Below are positions 11,119 to 24,800 of a DNA stretch of 64,000 nt, piece after piece. Origin of the DNA: Macrostomum lignano (taxonomy: Eukaryota); NCBI GenBank assembly GCA_002269645.1, contig NIVC01002263.1, forward strand, positions 1 to 64,000, in the 5' to 3' direction. Positions within the stretch are counted from its first letter, which is position 1; the number at the start of each line of letters is the position of its first letter. The translations under genes and the position numbers were made by a program. A model generated the notes under the pieces. It worked only from the letters and a program-made list of their open reading frames with translations. It was not told the DNA's origin and searched no databases.

Positions 11119-11387
11119 ATGACAACCTCGCAAAAGCACAGAAACTTTGTAGCCGAGCCGATGGGGGAAAAGCCGGTAACAGAACTGCCCGGCATTGGCC
11201 CCGTGCTGGGCGAGCGGCTTGCCTCAAGGGCTGCGACAGGGCCTACGTAATCCTTGGCCAGTTTCTCGTTGTCAAGAAGGACAAAGAAATGTTTACCGAT
11301 TGGTTGAATGACCAATGCAATGCCAATACTAAGCAGGCTGGCGACTGCTACAACGGTCTGGTTGAATGGTGTAACGCCTTCTTGTAG
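11119..11387 (+). pseudogene. BANF1: Barrier-to-autointegration factor, intronless, with a 1-nt frameshift (pseudogene or assembly error)
   Basis: ATG 11119 gives [36 protein letters not shown]; the -1 frame from 11226 gives [27 protein letters not shown]...LVEWCNAFL*. Adding one base at TCAAG (11224-11228) yields an 89-aa BAF. As written, the frame stops at 11248. Confidence 0.9.
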
Positions 11388-12484
11388 ACAAGTAGTTTTT
11401 GTTAATGTATGCAGTAAGAAAAACTACTTATGCGCCCATGTATGAGTATATAGTACTCTCATATTTTGCTTATCTCTTTGTTAGAGGCAAAATCCAATTG
11501 TTTTAATTCAATGTGTTTCTTATTCAAGTTTTACTCATCCAGATTTATTCATTTATTTATTCGAGTGATTATCCAAGCATCCCATAGCCTAGCAACTTTT
11601 ATTCAGATGCTTATTTTATTTGCCTAATCTCTACTTCAGCATTGTACACACTTAGGTATAATTTTTTCGGCCTTAACTCTGAACTTGCCATTTCTGAATC
11701 TGAACAGTAGATCTGAATCTACTGTTTAGACTGGACTGTCTAGACTGTTTATTGACGACGCTTATCATGTATTGTTTTTTTCCAGTGACCATTCTCTTTG
11801 AAGGGTGATGCCAATACTTTATTATTTCCTACTATTAATTAACGTTGATATTTTGAGCAAATAAAGCAAATAAAAGTTTATTCCGAGATTAGTTTGTTAA
11901 TAAGGGTGTAAAAAAAGAAAGAGATATGGACACTTAGCATACTTTCTTTAATTTGATTATTGTTTCGATCTCTCGTATTAGAATTTCGACAAGTGAGCTA
12001 CCTTAAACTTCTCACTGCCATCATTAGTAGATTAGCCTTCTAGTGACATGCAGCTTTCACAAACAATTCTTTGTATTTTTCATGTGTGCATGCGTGCGAA
12101 TAGCTTTAAAATGCAAGCCTGAATTCGCAATTATTGGTGCCTTCTGATTGGCTGTACCAGGGAATCCTATTTGTTTCACCCCATTTTTCAGTGTCGCTTC
12201 CTGGGGAGCGCAGCGAGCCAATAGGATTCCCTGGTTGTACCTATAACGCTCTGCAGTTTGGCACATTGCCAACTTTTGGTTGTAGTCAATGCATAAAACT
12301 ACCGAATCTTCTGCATAAGGATCATAGATAAGTTCAGCATGCTGCCATTGGTCATTTGAACCGCTAATACAATTAATAATCAGATATTAAAATACATAAA
12401 ATTGTTAAATCTCCTATCATTGTAAACTTATACAAATGGGCAGCGGATAGTTTTGCCAATATTTAGCTAGCACAGAAGCTATAA

Positions 12485-13189
<705 letters not shown>

Positions 13190-15243
13190 AAGCTATAAAT
13201 AATTATACACTAGAAGGTCTAGCAAATAAGCGAGATCTCGTATTTTCATCTAGTTACTTAAAATTAAGTTTGGTAATAGAACGTCTACAAACTACAAAAG
13301 TGCTTACACGTACTAAAATATGTAGAACTTATTAGGCGCTAATCATTCAATAAAATATATTTACAGCTTGTTAGGCTAAAAAAATTGTTACTGATAAGTA
13401 TAAAAATGATTATAATAAATAGTCCCACATTACTTTATCATACTGCTGCTTTGTTATACTTGTAAATATAAATTCTACGACACATTTCATGTTCAAAATT
13501 ATTCAAAGATTCTATTTACGCTGGCTTAGCCTTAGCTGGCTGCGAATTGCGCGCTTATGAACCTCTGCCCATCCAACTTTGTGAACAGTTTTGTCACATT
13601 GCTATCATATGGTAATCGTTTAAATAGAAGATAACTTTTTGCTTGTTTTTCCTGTTTCTTCAGTCAATTTTATCGTTTACTTGTATCGAAATTGTCGGAA
13701 GACTGCACTGTACTCAGAGCTAGAACAGTTTGGTTCATAAATATTTTCTTTTATTAAATTGAGCCTACTTTCTAAAAATTCCAGCCCAGACCCCAGAATC
13801 CCAGAGAAGAATTGTGGTAGAGCCAGAGTTGTCATTAGATTTGACTATCTTTGCTAACGATAAAGCATTAGCGAAGGTAACAACACTTTACGAGTAGTAG
13901 GGCCTATCTTGTCTCTTAATATGAATAATGATAGTAGATTCTCATGTGACTTATGTCATAAATCATAATTGCAAAATACAAGGAGATTCTAGCTTTTTTA
14001 CTATTTTCATTTTTAAATAGGCTATGCCCATCAATGTGTAATGAGATTGAGAGTCTTCAAGAATATCTTTGCAAAACTAGGCCTAGGCCTAGGTCAAATA
14101 GACACATGACAGTTTTATTGGTGCATGACATGACTAAGATGGCTACACACTAAGATGGCCACAGCTCTGAACGGCTGCATGGATAGGAGTAGCGAGTAGG
14201 CCCTAGGTCTATATATTTCCTCATTTCCCATTGGCTATGATTAGGGTGGGGTAGGCCTATATACCTAACTTCAAGTTTTGGAGAAGACAGATTTTGTAAT
14301 GAAATTAGATTAGGCCTAGGCCTAGTAAAATAAAAAATCCTTTGCTTTATTTCAGGTATTACTAGGCCTTGGCCTACTTATCAGTGTTGGGCATAATTCT
14401 GATACTCTGATATTCCAATATTATTGGCAATACCTTTTGGGTATTGGAGTATCAGAAGCCGATAATTTTTGATAGTATTGGACTTTGGTAACTTCCAATA
14501 CAATTTTCAAATTTAATTTATAGAAATTTTGTAGAAAGTAATGATAAATACTTCACTTTCAGGTCAATGAAACTGAAATAAATCAATACTTTCATCCTTA
14601 AAAAATTAGTTTTTAAAACTTTTTTTAAAAAACTTTGTTAAATTGGCTGTGCCATATATACTTTATCAATTAGTTAGTAATTAATAATTATCATAAAAAT
14701 GATATTATTTAGTCAATTATCATGCTGCAAGTTCTATAACATTATCACTGCCAACCATTGATTGCCGATCAATTCTACAATTTCTTCAATTTAGTATATA
14801 CACAAGTACTACACTAGTAACATAAGAAATTTAGTGAATGATACATATATGCAAACAATCAGCAATAAATAAAGAAATGCACTATTTTGGACACATATAT
14901 TAGGCAGGGCCAAGTTGAGTAAAGGGAAGAAAAGTGACACAATTTACTTAGGTTTTATATTTTAGAGAGTAAAGGGGCAAGGTATTGCCCAATTAGAGGT
15001 GAGGCTGTAAAATCTGTACCTTAGCTTAGCGTATTTAGTCTAGTATAAATGCACCCAACCCAAAAAACAAGACTAAAGAGATTAAGTGTGTAGGTGCATC
15101 ACTTGCAAACTGGCAGGCCACCACACTATACTAAAACAATAACAATACTAACAGCCTATGCATAAAGAAGAATGACTACAGAGGCTAGTAAGTAATTAAT
15201 GATTGCCTACAGTGGCAACTGTTGGTTTTCCATTCATAGAAAA

Positions 15244-15363
15244 TCTTATATACTTAAAATGAGTTGTCTGTATGTATATATAAGATAGATTTTAGAAAAA
15301 TTGGCTAAACTGATTTTTTTAAACTTGCACCATTTGATTAGAATTTTCCTAGGATAGTATATA
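15244..15363 (+). mobile_element. Short Helitron-like non-autonomous element head, interrupted by the mariner
   Basis: A|TC start, TCTTATATACTTAAAATGAGTTGTCTGTATGTAT, similar in layout to the head at 31931. Confidence 0.3.
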
Positions 15364-16312
15364 CGAGGGTCATCCCAAAAGTTTCAGCAAACGACTATTA
15401 ATTTTCAACAAACGAGTGTTAGAACAATGAACATGTCAAAAACCTTCAAAATAACTTCCGTTGACTTGAATTGTGCACTCCCAGCGGCCAGGCAACTTCT
15501 GAACACTGTCAGCAGCGCCGGATTCGCACAGGTCTTTTGCAATGTGGCCGACCTCGCTGAACAGGTCATCAGGGCAATGGAAACGATGCCCTCGGAGCTG
15601 GTTCTTAAGCTTCAGAAAAAGGTTGAAATCGCAGGGACTGAGGTCTGGGGAGTAAGGAGGATGAGGCAGCACCTCCCACTGGTAGTCCCGCAGTAGGTCC
15701 TGCACAATGCAAGCTGTGTGCGAACTGGCATTGTCGTGCAGAAGGAGTGGACCAAGTTCCAGGGTCTGTGGCCGCTTTTTGCGCAAGGCAGGCCGAAGAT
15801 GGTGAATAATGAAGCTCGACGAGGGGATTCCGGACAGCTCAGCCATTTCTTCGCATGTCTAACGACGATCGATGTTCAGCAGCCCTTGGATCAACTCAAT
15901 GTTGACTCTGTGCGAGCTTCTTTTGGCCTTCCTCATCCTCGACATCAGAGCGGCCATTCTTGAATTGACTGTACCAGTCATACACGGCTTGCTGGCTCAT
16001 CGCATTTGGCCCATGGGCCTGCAGCAACTGACAGTGAATTTGAGCTGCAGGGACACCACGAAGACATTCTGTTTTAATGTATGAGCGCTGCTCCAAGTTG
16101 AACGGAAATTCCATTTTATCGTTGTCGGCCGATGTTTGATTTAGTATCCCACAAAATGTTCTTTAGAAAACAGAATTTTGAAGCTAGAATGCTAAAAACT
16201 TACTCAGACACCCGAAATATGCTCATCTTTCGTGTGGTATAAGTGCTATAGTCCTAAAAGTTGTCTATGGCACAAAATCATTTGATTTCTGAAACTTTTG
16301 GGATGACCCTCG
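15364..16312 (-). mobile_element. Mariner (D34D) transposon, internally deleted, 949 bp
   Basis: Perfect 24-bp TIR CGAGGGTCATCCCAAAAGTTTCAG (15364-15387 / 16289-16312) with TA TSD on both sides. Transposase N-terminal HTH from ATG 16114; C-terminal HDNA...PHPPYSPDLSPCDF with 34 residues between the aspartates. Frameshifts present; the WVPHEL and first catalytic Asp region is missing. Confidence 0.95.
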
Positions 16313-16789
16313 TACATCCTAGCTAAGAAATTGCTCAATGTTAAAAGGATTAAATATTCAAAAAAACATGCTTTTTTGCAAAGGTCAAGCAACTTTTTTG
16401 ACTTAAAATGCATTGTAAGAATATTAGGGACAAAACTGACTGGCTGAACTCTGATTGTGATAAAGATTGCATCACAACAAGTTGAAGACAGTGTCAAGGA
16501 AAAGTACACAACTTGATTAAAATTGCGTAACTATATTGCTAACTTAAATTATTGAGACTAATACTGTTTGACTGAGAAATTGATTATGTCATAACTTTTT
16601 ACTCTAATAGAATTGCTGTAAGTATTGAATTATAAGGGCCACAATTCATGTTCTCCAATTAAAAAAGATAGCCTAGATGCGAATAGACTAGACTGCTAAT
16701 GTAGTGACCTAGGTTCAAATCATAATATTGCCAAAAATTTTTTATCAAAACACCTTAAAAACAGAAAACTGCTAAACATAAAAGAAGTA

Positions 16790-17225
16790 CAATGTCAAAC
16801 ATAGAAGAGCCACCATGTCAAGCATAAAAGAGCCACTATGTAGAACATAAATAGCCACCATGTCAAACATTAAATAGTCACCATGTCAATCATTAATGAG
16901 CTACCATGCCAAATATAAAATATCTATCATGTTAGACATAATAGAGCCACCCTGTCAAACATAATAGAGACATTTCAAATATAAAAAAAGCATCATGCCA
17001 ATCATCAAGGAGCCATTATAAAGCTAAGGAAATTGTTATACTAGCTACTTATTGTCTGTTGGATGCTTGCTATTTAAGGATAGATACTTGCTATCAGGTG
17101 GATGCTTGCTATCTGGGGATGCTTGCTGTCTGGGGGTGCTTGGTACATGCTTGCTATCTGGGGGATGCTTGCTATCTGGGAGATGCTTGCTATTTGGGGG
17201 ATGCTTACTATCTAGGGGTGCTTTC
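16790..17225. repeat. Two short degenerate tandem arrays (~23-nt ATGTCAAACATAAAGAGCCACC-like; ~19-nt GATGCTTGCTATCTGGGG)
   Basis: Visible periodicity at 16790-17030 and 17060-17225. Confidence 0.8.
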
Positions 17226-18601
17226 TGTCTTAGGATGTTTTCTTTTTGCATTGTAATTCATTTGAGCAGTTTGTCTGTTGTATTTGTGAAGGCAATTTTT
17301 TTGTCTTTTTTTACTTGTAGAGATAAAAGAATATAGAGTACACTATTGACAATTGGCTAGTTGTAAGCATTGATTGATATGACTATGAGCCCTAGCCCTA
17401 TCTCTATCCAATAATGATATTGCATTGCTTTCCCTATTGCAAAGTTTATTCATTATAAATAGAAAGCTTACTTTATATAAATATTTGGATCCTTAGGAAA
17501 TATTTTAAATATACTTATAGGCCTACTTTTAAATTCTAATGAAATAAGTTTGTTATCTTAAATTTGCTATATAACTATTTTTTCAATATATTTTCTTTTA
17601 ATAATATTACATATTTTTATGGTAGGCAAAATGACAACATCATATTTTTGCAGACATAAAAGTGGTACACACTGGCAGCAAACAAAATTATTGTCGACTA
17701 GTATAAAAACATTTTCATTTTATTTAAATTCATAGACCATCCATGACCAAGATTCAGAGTGATCTTAAGTTGGCATATGTATTTGTGGCAATATTCTATA
17801 TATATCTTAAACTTTTTTGGTATCTTGTACAAAATATTTTTTTTAAGTTTTCATAGGTAAAATATATTAGGTGATCATTTATTATTTAAATATGCTAGAA
17901 AAATTATTATATATTTTATCTCAAAAAAATTAAGACTTCCATTTTTATTCAACTTTGCTTTATATAGCTTTCTAATCTTGATTCTTGATACCTTGATATA
18001 AGTGGGGGCACCCCCCCCCACCTATCAGAGACCTAAAAGAATGAAAGGGGTTACTAAGCGAATTTTCGCCAAAGTACAGAGCCACAATCTCCACCTCACC
18101 TTTCAGTCTTTACCCTCTAAAATCTGCCTTTTCCCTCAATACATTTTTGGTTATCCACTTCAAAAAATGGTTTGTTACAACTTGGTATTAGCAGTTGAAT
18201 ATTTTTAATAGACAAGGCAAACGGCTGTAACAAATTTGGTAGCAATTGTGAGATTGTTCTAGTAAAAGACCCATTACACACAAATAAATGGAGTATCATA
18301 AATTAATATCCAACAACTGAAAGAAATGAATAGGCATTTTGCTAACCTATCCATATATCTAAAAACTTGAAAGTAGGCTCTAAATATGATTTTTTATCTT
18401 TTTACTTCAAATTTGTGGACAATTTTTAATCTAACAAGCCAGAAAGTCAGTTGACCCTGTGGAACAAAATCCTGTATTCAAGTCAGAGCCCTAACTCAGG
18501 TCAAATATGTTTAAAGTTTGATAAAAAATGTACTTTTATATATTTTTAATTGCTGAGCTAGCATAGCAACTAAGGCTTTTATCTACATCTATCTATTTCA
18601 G

Positions 18602-18877
18602 CCCTTCGCCCGGGCCCCAGCAGCCGCACCCCTGGCTTCATCGGCCAACTGCAACCGTCTGCAGCAGCAGCCGCAGCATCCAGATGTAGATGCGACCGCC
18701 GCCGCTGACTATTTCTCGCCAGGCGTTGGCCCGGCTGCCTCGGTCTGGGGCTCCGCATTCGACGCCTGGCTGCCCCCTCCGCCATCTGTGTCTCCACCGC
18801 CGCCGCCGCCGCCTCCGCCGCAGCCCCAGTTGCATCAGCCGCAACCGCTTCGCGACAGCCTGTCCGCTGTAGTAATG
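18602..18877 (+). CDS. LNX2: LNX exon 1 (Pro/Gln-rich, open in phase 0; coding status or 5' UTR uncertain)
   Basis: Acceptor TATTTCAG|, donor ATG|GTGAGT. 92 open codons PFARAPAAAP...LPPPPSVSPPPPPPPPPQPQ...AVVM; the only in-frame ATG is the last codon. Confidence 0.65.
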
Positions 18878-21800
18878 GTGAGTGAGTAGTATAGTGCGGT
18901 TTTTGACATTTAATTTCCGTTGATAAGGTTGAAAAGAATTGACTTATGGAGCTGTTTTTAATAGAAATATCTGGGCATGTTGTCAAGAAGAACATCTAAT
19001 CTGTTAAAGATTTGATCGAATAGAATAGATTGCTAATCTGTGCTATTGCCAGTCTATCTAATATTTCATGAAATATAAGAAATTGCTAATCTAACCATTT
19101 TTTATGGGATATAATGGATTGCTAATCTATCCATTATGTCATGGAATAGAATGGATTGCTAATCTATCCATTATGTGATTGGAATAGAATGGATTGCTAA
19201 TCTATCCATTATGTCATGGAATAGAATGGATTGCTAATCTATCCATTATGTCATGGAATAGAATGGATTGCTAATCTATCCATTATGTCATGGAATAGAA
19301 TGGATTGCTAATCTATCCATTATGTCATGGAATAAAATGGATTGCTAATCTATCCATTATGTCATGGAATAGAATGGATTTCTAATCTACCCAATATTTT
19401 ATGGGATAGATGGAATGCTAATCTATCCATTATGTCATGGAATAGAATGGATTTCTAATCTATGCATTATGTCATGGAATAGAATGGATGGCTAATCTAT
19501 CCATTATGTCCTGGAATAGAATGGATTGCTAATCTATCCATTATGTCATGGAATAGAATGGATTGCTAATCTATCCATTATGTCATGGAATAGAATGGAT
19601 TGCTAATCTATCCATTATGTCATGGAATAGAATGGATTGCTAATCTATCCATTATGTCATGGAATAGAATGGATTGCTAATCTATCCATTATGTCATGGA
19701 ATAGAATGGATTGCTAATCTATCCATTATGTCATGGAATAGAATGGATTGCTAATCTATCCATTATGTCCTGGAATAGAATGGATTGCTAATCTATCCAT
19801 TATGTCATGGAATAGAATGGATTGCTAATCTATCCATTATGTCATGGAATAGAATGGATTGCTAATCTATCCATTATGTCATGGAATAGAATGGATTGCT
19901 AATCTATCCATTATGTCATGGAATAGAATGGATTGCTAATTCAAGTCTTGTTAGCTAATTTGATATAGTATTTTTAGCGTCATTTCTACTTTCTAATCAC
20001 ATACAATCAAAGTCTGTAATCTGTCTGTAGTTAGTTTTTTTTAATCAACTCATTACTTTACCTATCGTGCGTCCTGTTAGAATTTAGAGCATCTGTGTTC
20101 TGCCTTCCCAATTTTTTTACGTTTTTCCTTAGCCCAGTCAGGAACCCCTAGTGCCCGTTCTATTTTTAGGCATGACTCACCCCTTCCCAAAGTCCTAAAC
20201 GAACAACTACTTTCCTTACCCCCGGCCCCCCCCCTAAGCCTGTTCACCCCGTTATTCACCCCTGTCTTCATAAGCGAACGCATTTTACCGTTCAGTGTCT
20301 GACCGCACCGCACTATATAAAACTGTTTAAAATTTAGTGTATAAAATTGTTTTTTTTAAGCGTTGTAAGTGTTTATCTACATGAAGACCCAAAGTCCTTG
20401 CTAAAGAAGATTCCAAACCAAAGAATTTGGTAAGCCATCTCTTTCAATTTATATAGCTATTTTAATATGTCCCTTTTTATTGTCTTACTGTGTCTTTATT
20501 GGCTGCTCTAGATGTTTTTCTGAGGTATGTTTAGTGCTGGCAGCTGGCCATCACTCCTGTCTCCTTTGTTCTTCCTTGTTTCCCTGCTCCTTCAATTACG
20601 AGTTTTCCTCTATCGGGGTCTCCATTCCTATTTATTCTGTGCCCCTGTTCCCCTCCTTTCAGTGCCCCTGTTCTTTTTCAGTGTCCCTGTTCTCCTCCCT
20701 TCAGTGCCCCTGTTCCCCTCCCTTCTGTGCCCCTGTTCCCCTCCCTTCAGTGCCCCTGTTCCCCTCCCTTCTGTGCCCCTGTTCTCCCCTTCAGTGTCCC
20801 TGTTCCCCTCCCTTCAGTGCCCCTATTCCCCTCCCCTCAGTGCCCCTGTTCCCCTCCCTTAGTGCCCCTGTTCCCCTCCCTTCAGTGTCCCTGTTCCCCT
20901 CCCTTTAGTGCCCCTGTTCCCCTCCCTTTAGTGCCCCTGTTCCCCTCCCTTCAGTGCCCCTGTTCCCCTCCCTTCAGTGCCCCTGTTCCCCTCCCTTAGT
21001 GCCCCTGTTCCCCTCCCTTCAGTGCCCCTGTTCCCCTCTCTTCAGTGCCCCTGTTCCCCTCCCTTCAGTGCCCCTGTTCCCCTCCCTTCAGTGCCCCTGT
21101 TCCCCTCCCTTCAGTGTCCCTGTTCCCCTCCCTTCAGTGCCCCTGTTCCCCTCCCTTCAGTGTCCCTGTTCCCCTCCCTTCAGTGTCAGCGCTGTAGCAG
21201 CGTTGTATTGAAAATAGTCGCGCAGTTTAAGGGCAATATCCCTATTGATACTCCCCTCCTTTTTCCTCAGGCTGCCACATCTGCTTCCGCAGTCGCCACG
21301 CCAGCTAGCGGCGCTGTTTCGGCTGGCGCCAGTCACCACCACAGCTACCAGGACCTGTTCCCTTCGCCTACCGACTTCTCGCGTCGACCGTTCGCCTTCG
21401 ACGAGGCCCCGCCGCTGCCGCCATCGATGTCGCCTCCGCCGCCGCCTTCGCCACCGCCGCCGCCACCTCCGCCTCCACCGCCGCCGCCTCCTCCGGAGCA
21501 GAAGCCGCAGCAGGTGGCAAGGCGCAGCATTAGCGTTGCCGGTTCTTTGAGCTCCTTGACTGGCGGGGCGGCCAAGAAGCTGGACCTGTGCTCAAGCTGC
21601 GGCCGGTTTCACGAGGCCGGCGGCGCCCACCTGTACGACTATGATCAGGATATTGATCAGGATCTGATGTGCAAGGTTAGCTGGCTGTTGACAGATCAGT
21701 CATGCACTTTTCTTTTAGGAATTCGGTCCAGAGAGTGAGGATTCGTTTCTGAACTTCAGAGAGTGAGAATTCAGGTCTAAACTACAGAAAGTGAGAATTC

Positions 21801-24800
21801 AGGTCTAAACTTCAGGGAGTGAGAATTCAGGTCTAAACTTCAGGGATTGAGAATTCAGATCTGAACTTCAGGGAGTGAGAATTCAGGTCTGAACTTCAGG
21901 GAGTAAGAATTCAGATCTGAACTTCAGGGAGTGAGAATTCAAGTCTAAACTTCAGGGAGTGAGAATTCAGATCTGAACGTCAGGGAGTGAGGCCTTAATT
22001 ATAGAGTTTGAGCACCAACTTTCTTTCCTAAATTAAATAGGACAGTTTTCTGCATTTAACACTCGCGTCTGTCTACTAACAAGTAGCACTGAACTATTAA
22101 AATCTCTAAACAAATTTCAGCTGTGCCAGCAGCCGCTCGTTGACCCGTTGGATACGAAGTGTGGGCACACGTTCTGCACGCCCTGTCTGAAGAGCCACCT
22201 AGCCAGACAGGCGCTCTGCCCAATAGACAAAAGCATTATTAATTTTCTGGAGTGCTCCCAGGCGTCTAGTCTGGTGAAAAAGTGAGTCCGCGCTCATTTA
22301 TTTGCTCACTTGCTGACCCCTGAGCATGAGCAGTGTACATTCAATGGCCCGTGGGGTTGGCCCTCACGGACTCCAGTCGTACGACTCAGCTAACAGGCTA
22401 ATTTTTTTGCTCAGGTCCGATATTTATGTGGCGGCGCTACGAATCGAACCAGGGCTCCCACTTCCCACTATCTCACCGTGTCTACTCCCCTGTCTCCGCT
22501 CTTCATTCCCACTTTCTCACCGTGTTTACTTCTCCGTCTCCTCTCTTCATCCCCACTTTCTCACCGTGTCTACTTCTCCGTCTCCTCTCTTCATCCCCAC
22601 TTTCTCACCGTGTCTACTTCTCCGTCTCCTCTCTTCATCCCCACTTTCTCACCGTGTCTACTTCTCCGTCTCCTCTCTTCATCCCCACTTTCTCACCGTG
22701 TCTACTTCTCCGTCTCCGCTCTTCATACCGTCCATCTCACCTTGTCTACTTCTCGGTCTCCTCTCTTCATACCTTCTATCTCACCTTGTCTACTTCTTGG
22801 TCTCCTCTCTTCATCCCCACTTTCTCACCGTGTCTACTTCTCGGTCTCCTCTCTTCATACCTTCTATCTCACCTTGTCTACTTCTCGATCTCATCTCTTC
22901 ATACCGTCTATCTCACCCTTGTCTACTCTGTTTCTCTTCATACCGTCTATCTCACCCTTGTCTACTTCTCCATCTCATCTCTTCATACCGTCTATCCCAA
23001 CCTTGTCTACTTCTCCGTCTCCGTTGCCTTTCGCCTCCGTCTGTCTCAGCTTTTCCAATAGTTATTGCAAAATCCTCACTAGTCACTGCTTCTGTCCCAG
23101 TGCACCGATCTAGGCAGAAGGGAGCGCAGGGATGGGAGATGGGGAGGGGGGGTTAATATGTAAATCAATGCCAACTCAGCATCCTTCCATCATCAAGGGA
23201 AGAGGAGGCCGGCGGGGTGGGGATTCAGTCGCGAGGATTTTTGTCCAAAGGCTATAGCAGCTTTCACTTCGCGAGAGTGCCGGAAGAGTTTGGGGTGTGG
23301 AAAGGAAGTTTTTCTTTTGGTTCACCACGCGACTCACGAGGCTTATTGATGAAGGACGGGACCGGCTCAGACTCTCTGTAAGCCTGCAGTCTCAGTTTCC
23401 CCAACACTTGGGGCCAGCATAAGCTGTCAACTCCAACCCGGGTCAGGCTGTGGGGCTTTTCAGCTCACTCAGCTTGTGCCGCCGACTGCGCACTTTTAAC
23501 TTCTCTCCGCGCGTCTCCTTGTGCATGCCTAAGGTGCAGGAGGGGAGGGGTCGCTAGCCAAGTGGCACTGCAAGTTAAGCAGAAGTGGTTGCGGTTAGTT
23601 TGCCCTGTCTGATTATAAGGTTAGCCGCTCTGAGCTAGGAATGGCTGGTTTATATGTTTTTGTATTTGTATACTGTATTTGTATACTGTATATCTATATC
23701 TATGCAAATGTCACTGATCCTATCAATAATATTGCGATTGTGCTCATTGGGGATTAGTTACTAGGTTAAATCAGGGGGGAGCATTGTGCAGCCCATTTAG
23801 TTAAGCTGACATGCTTATCAGTGCCTTCCTTGACTCAGGATTATATCTCTCCCTTCTATTTCTCTGGATTATATCTCCCTTTTATATCTCTAGATTATAT
23901 CTCGTCTCTCTATTTCTCTAGATTATATCTTTTCGTTCTATTTCTCTGGATTGATTATATCTCTTCCCTGTATTTCTATGGATATGGATTATATCTCTCC
24001 ATTTCTTTCTATTGCTCCATCGGCTCGCTAATCCCTTTCCCTCCATCCGCTTCATATTCCTCCATCCCTACATTGTGTCAATATTAACAAGCCTTCCCTA
24101 TAACCCAGAAATTCAGAAAAGCATTCCCTGCTAAGTTCCTAAACTAGGCCCGCTGCTCCTCTTGTCGGTGTGCAAAATTTTTCACGGCGTCGAAAAATTA
24201 GAACCTATGATGAAGAAGCAACTCTAGAGTTGCTAGGCAATGCAAGTATGCGGTTGAATTGAATGGCCACAACTATATGGATTTGTGCACGGTGGCAGCT
24301 CTCGCCCAAGCCGTCAGCAGCTCAACTCAAAACACTCACTCACTCATCTTATAGAACTGGGGGGCTCTGAACTGTGTAGAAAGGCCAGTCATTAAGCCCC
24401 CGGCTACTAGCCAAATGTTGACGCTGTCCAGCTTCACCCACTTGCCCGCGACTGAATGTGTAAGCTGGATGGAGAGTGTGAAATTAAGCGAGAGTGAGTG
24501 GGCAGGCAGTGGCGGGGAACAAAAGCTCCACTTTTAGGCGCGGATCGAGGAGGGTAGGGCGCTCTCTCGCTGACTGCTTGCTGCGATTTTGGAAACATTT
24601 TTTTTGGCGCACCGCGGCCAGCCACCATACAGCCTTTTCCGGATCGAAGTTCTCTCTGGGTGGGTGTGCCTGCAGCCTTCTGCTCCGCATTCACTCTCAG
24701 GAATTGAGTCCGTCCATATACCCCCCTCCCCGCCTCGATCGGCTGCTGCTGACCCGTCAGTCACTCAAAACCGTCCTCAAACCCGCAGTGCTTGCGACAA

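Noticed and set aside
11221-11250. Programmed -1 frameshift in BAF
   Set aside because: No X-XXY-YYZ slippery site; a deletion or sequencing error is simpler.
14383-14760. hAT-like MITE starting CAGTGTTGGGC
   Set aside because: The candidate right end (~14745-14758) is only loosely complementary and there is no 8-bp TSD.
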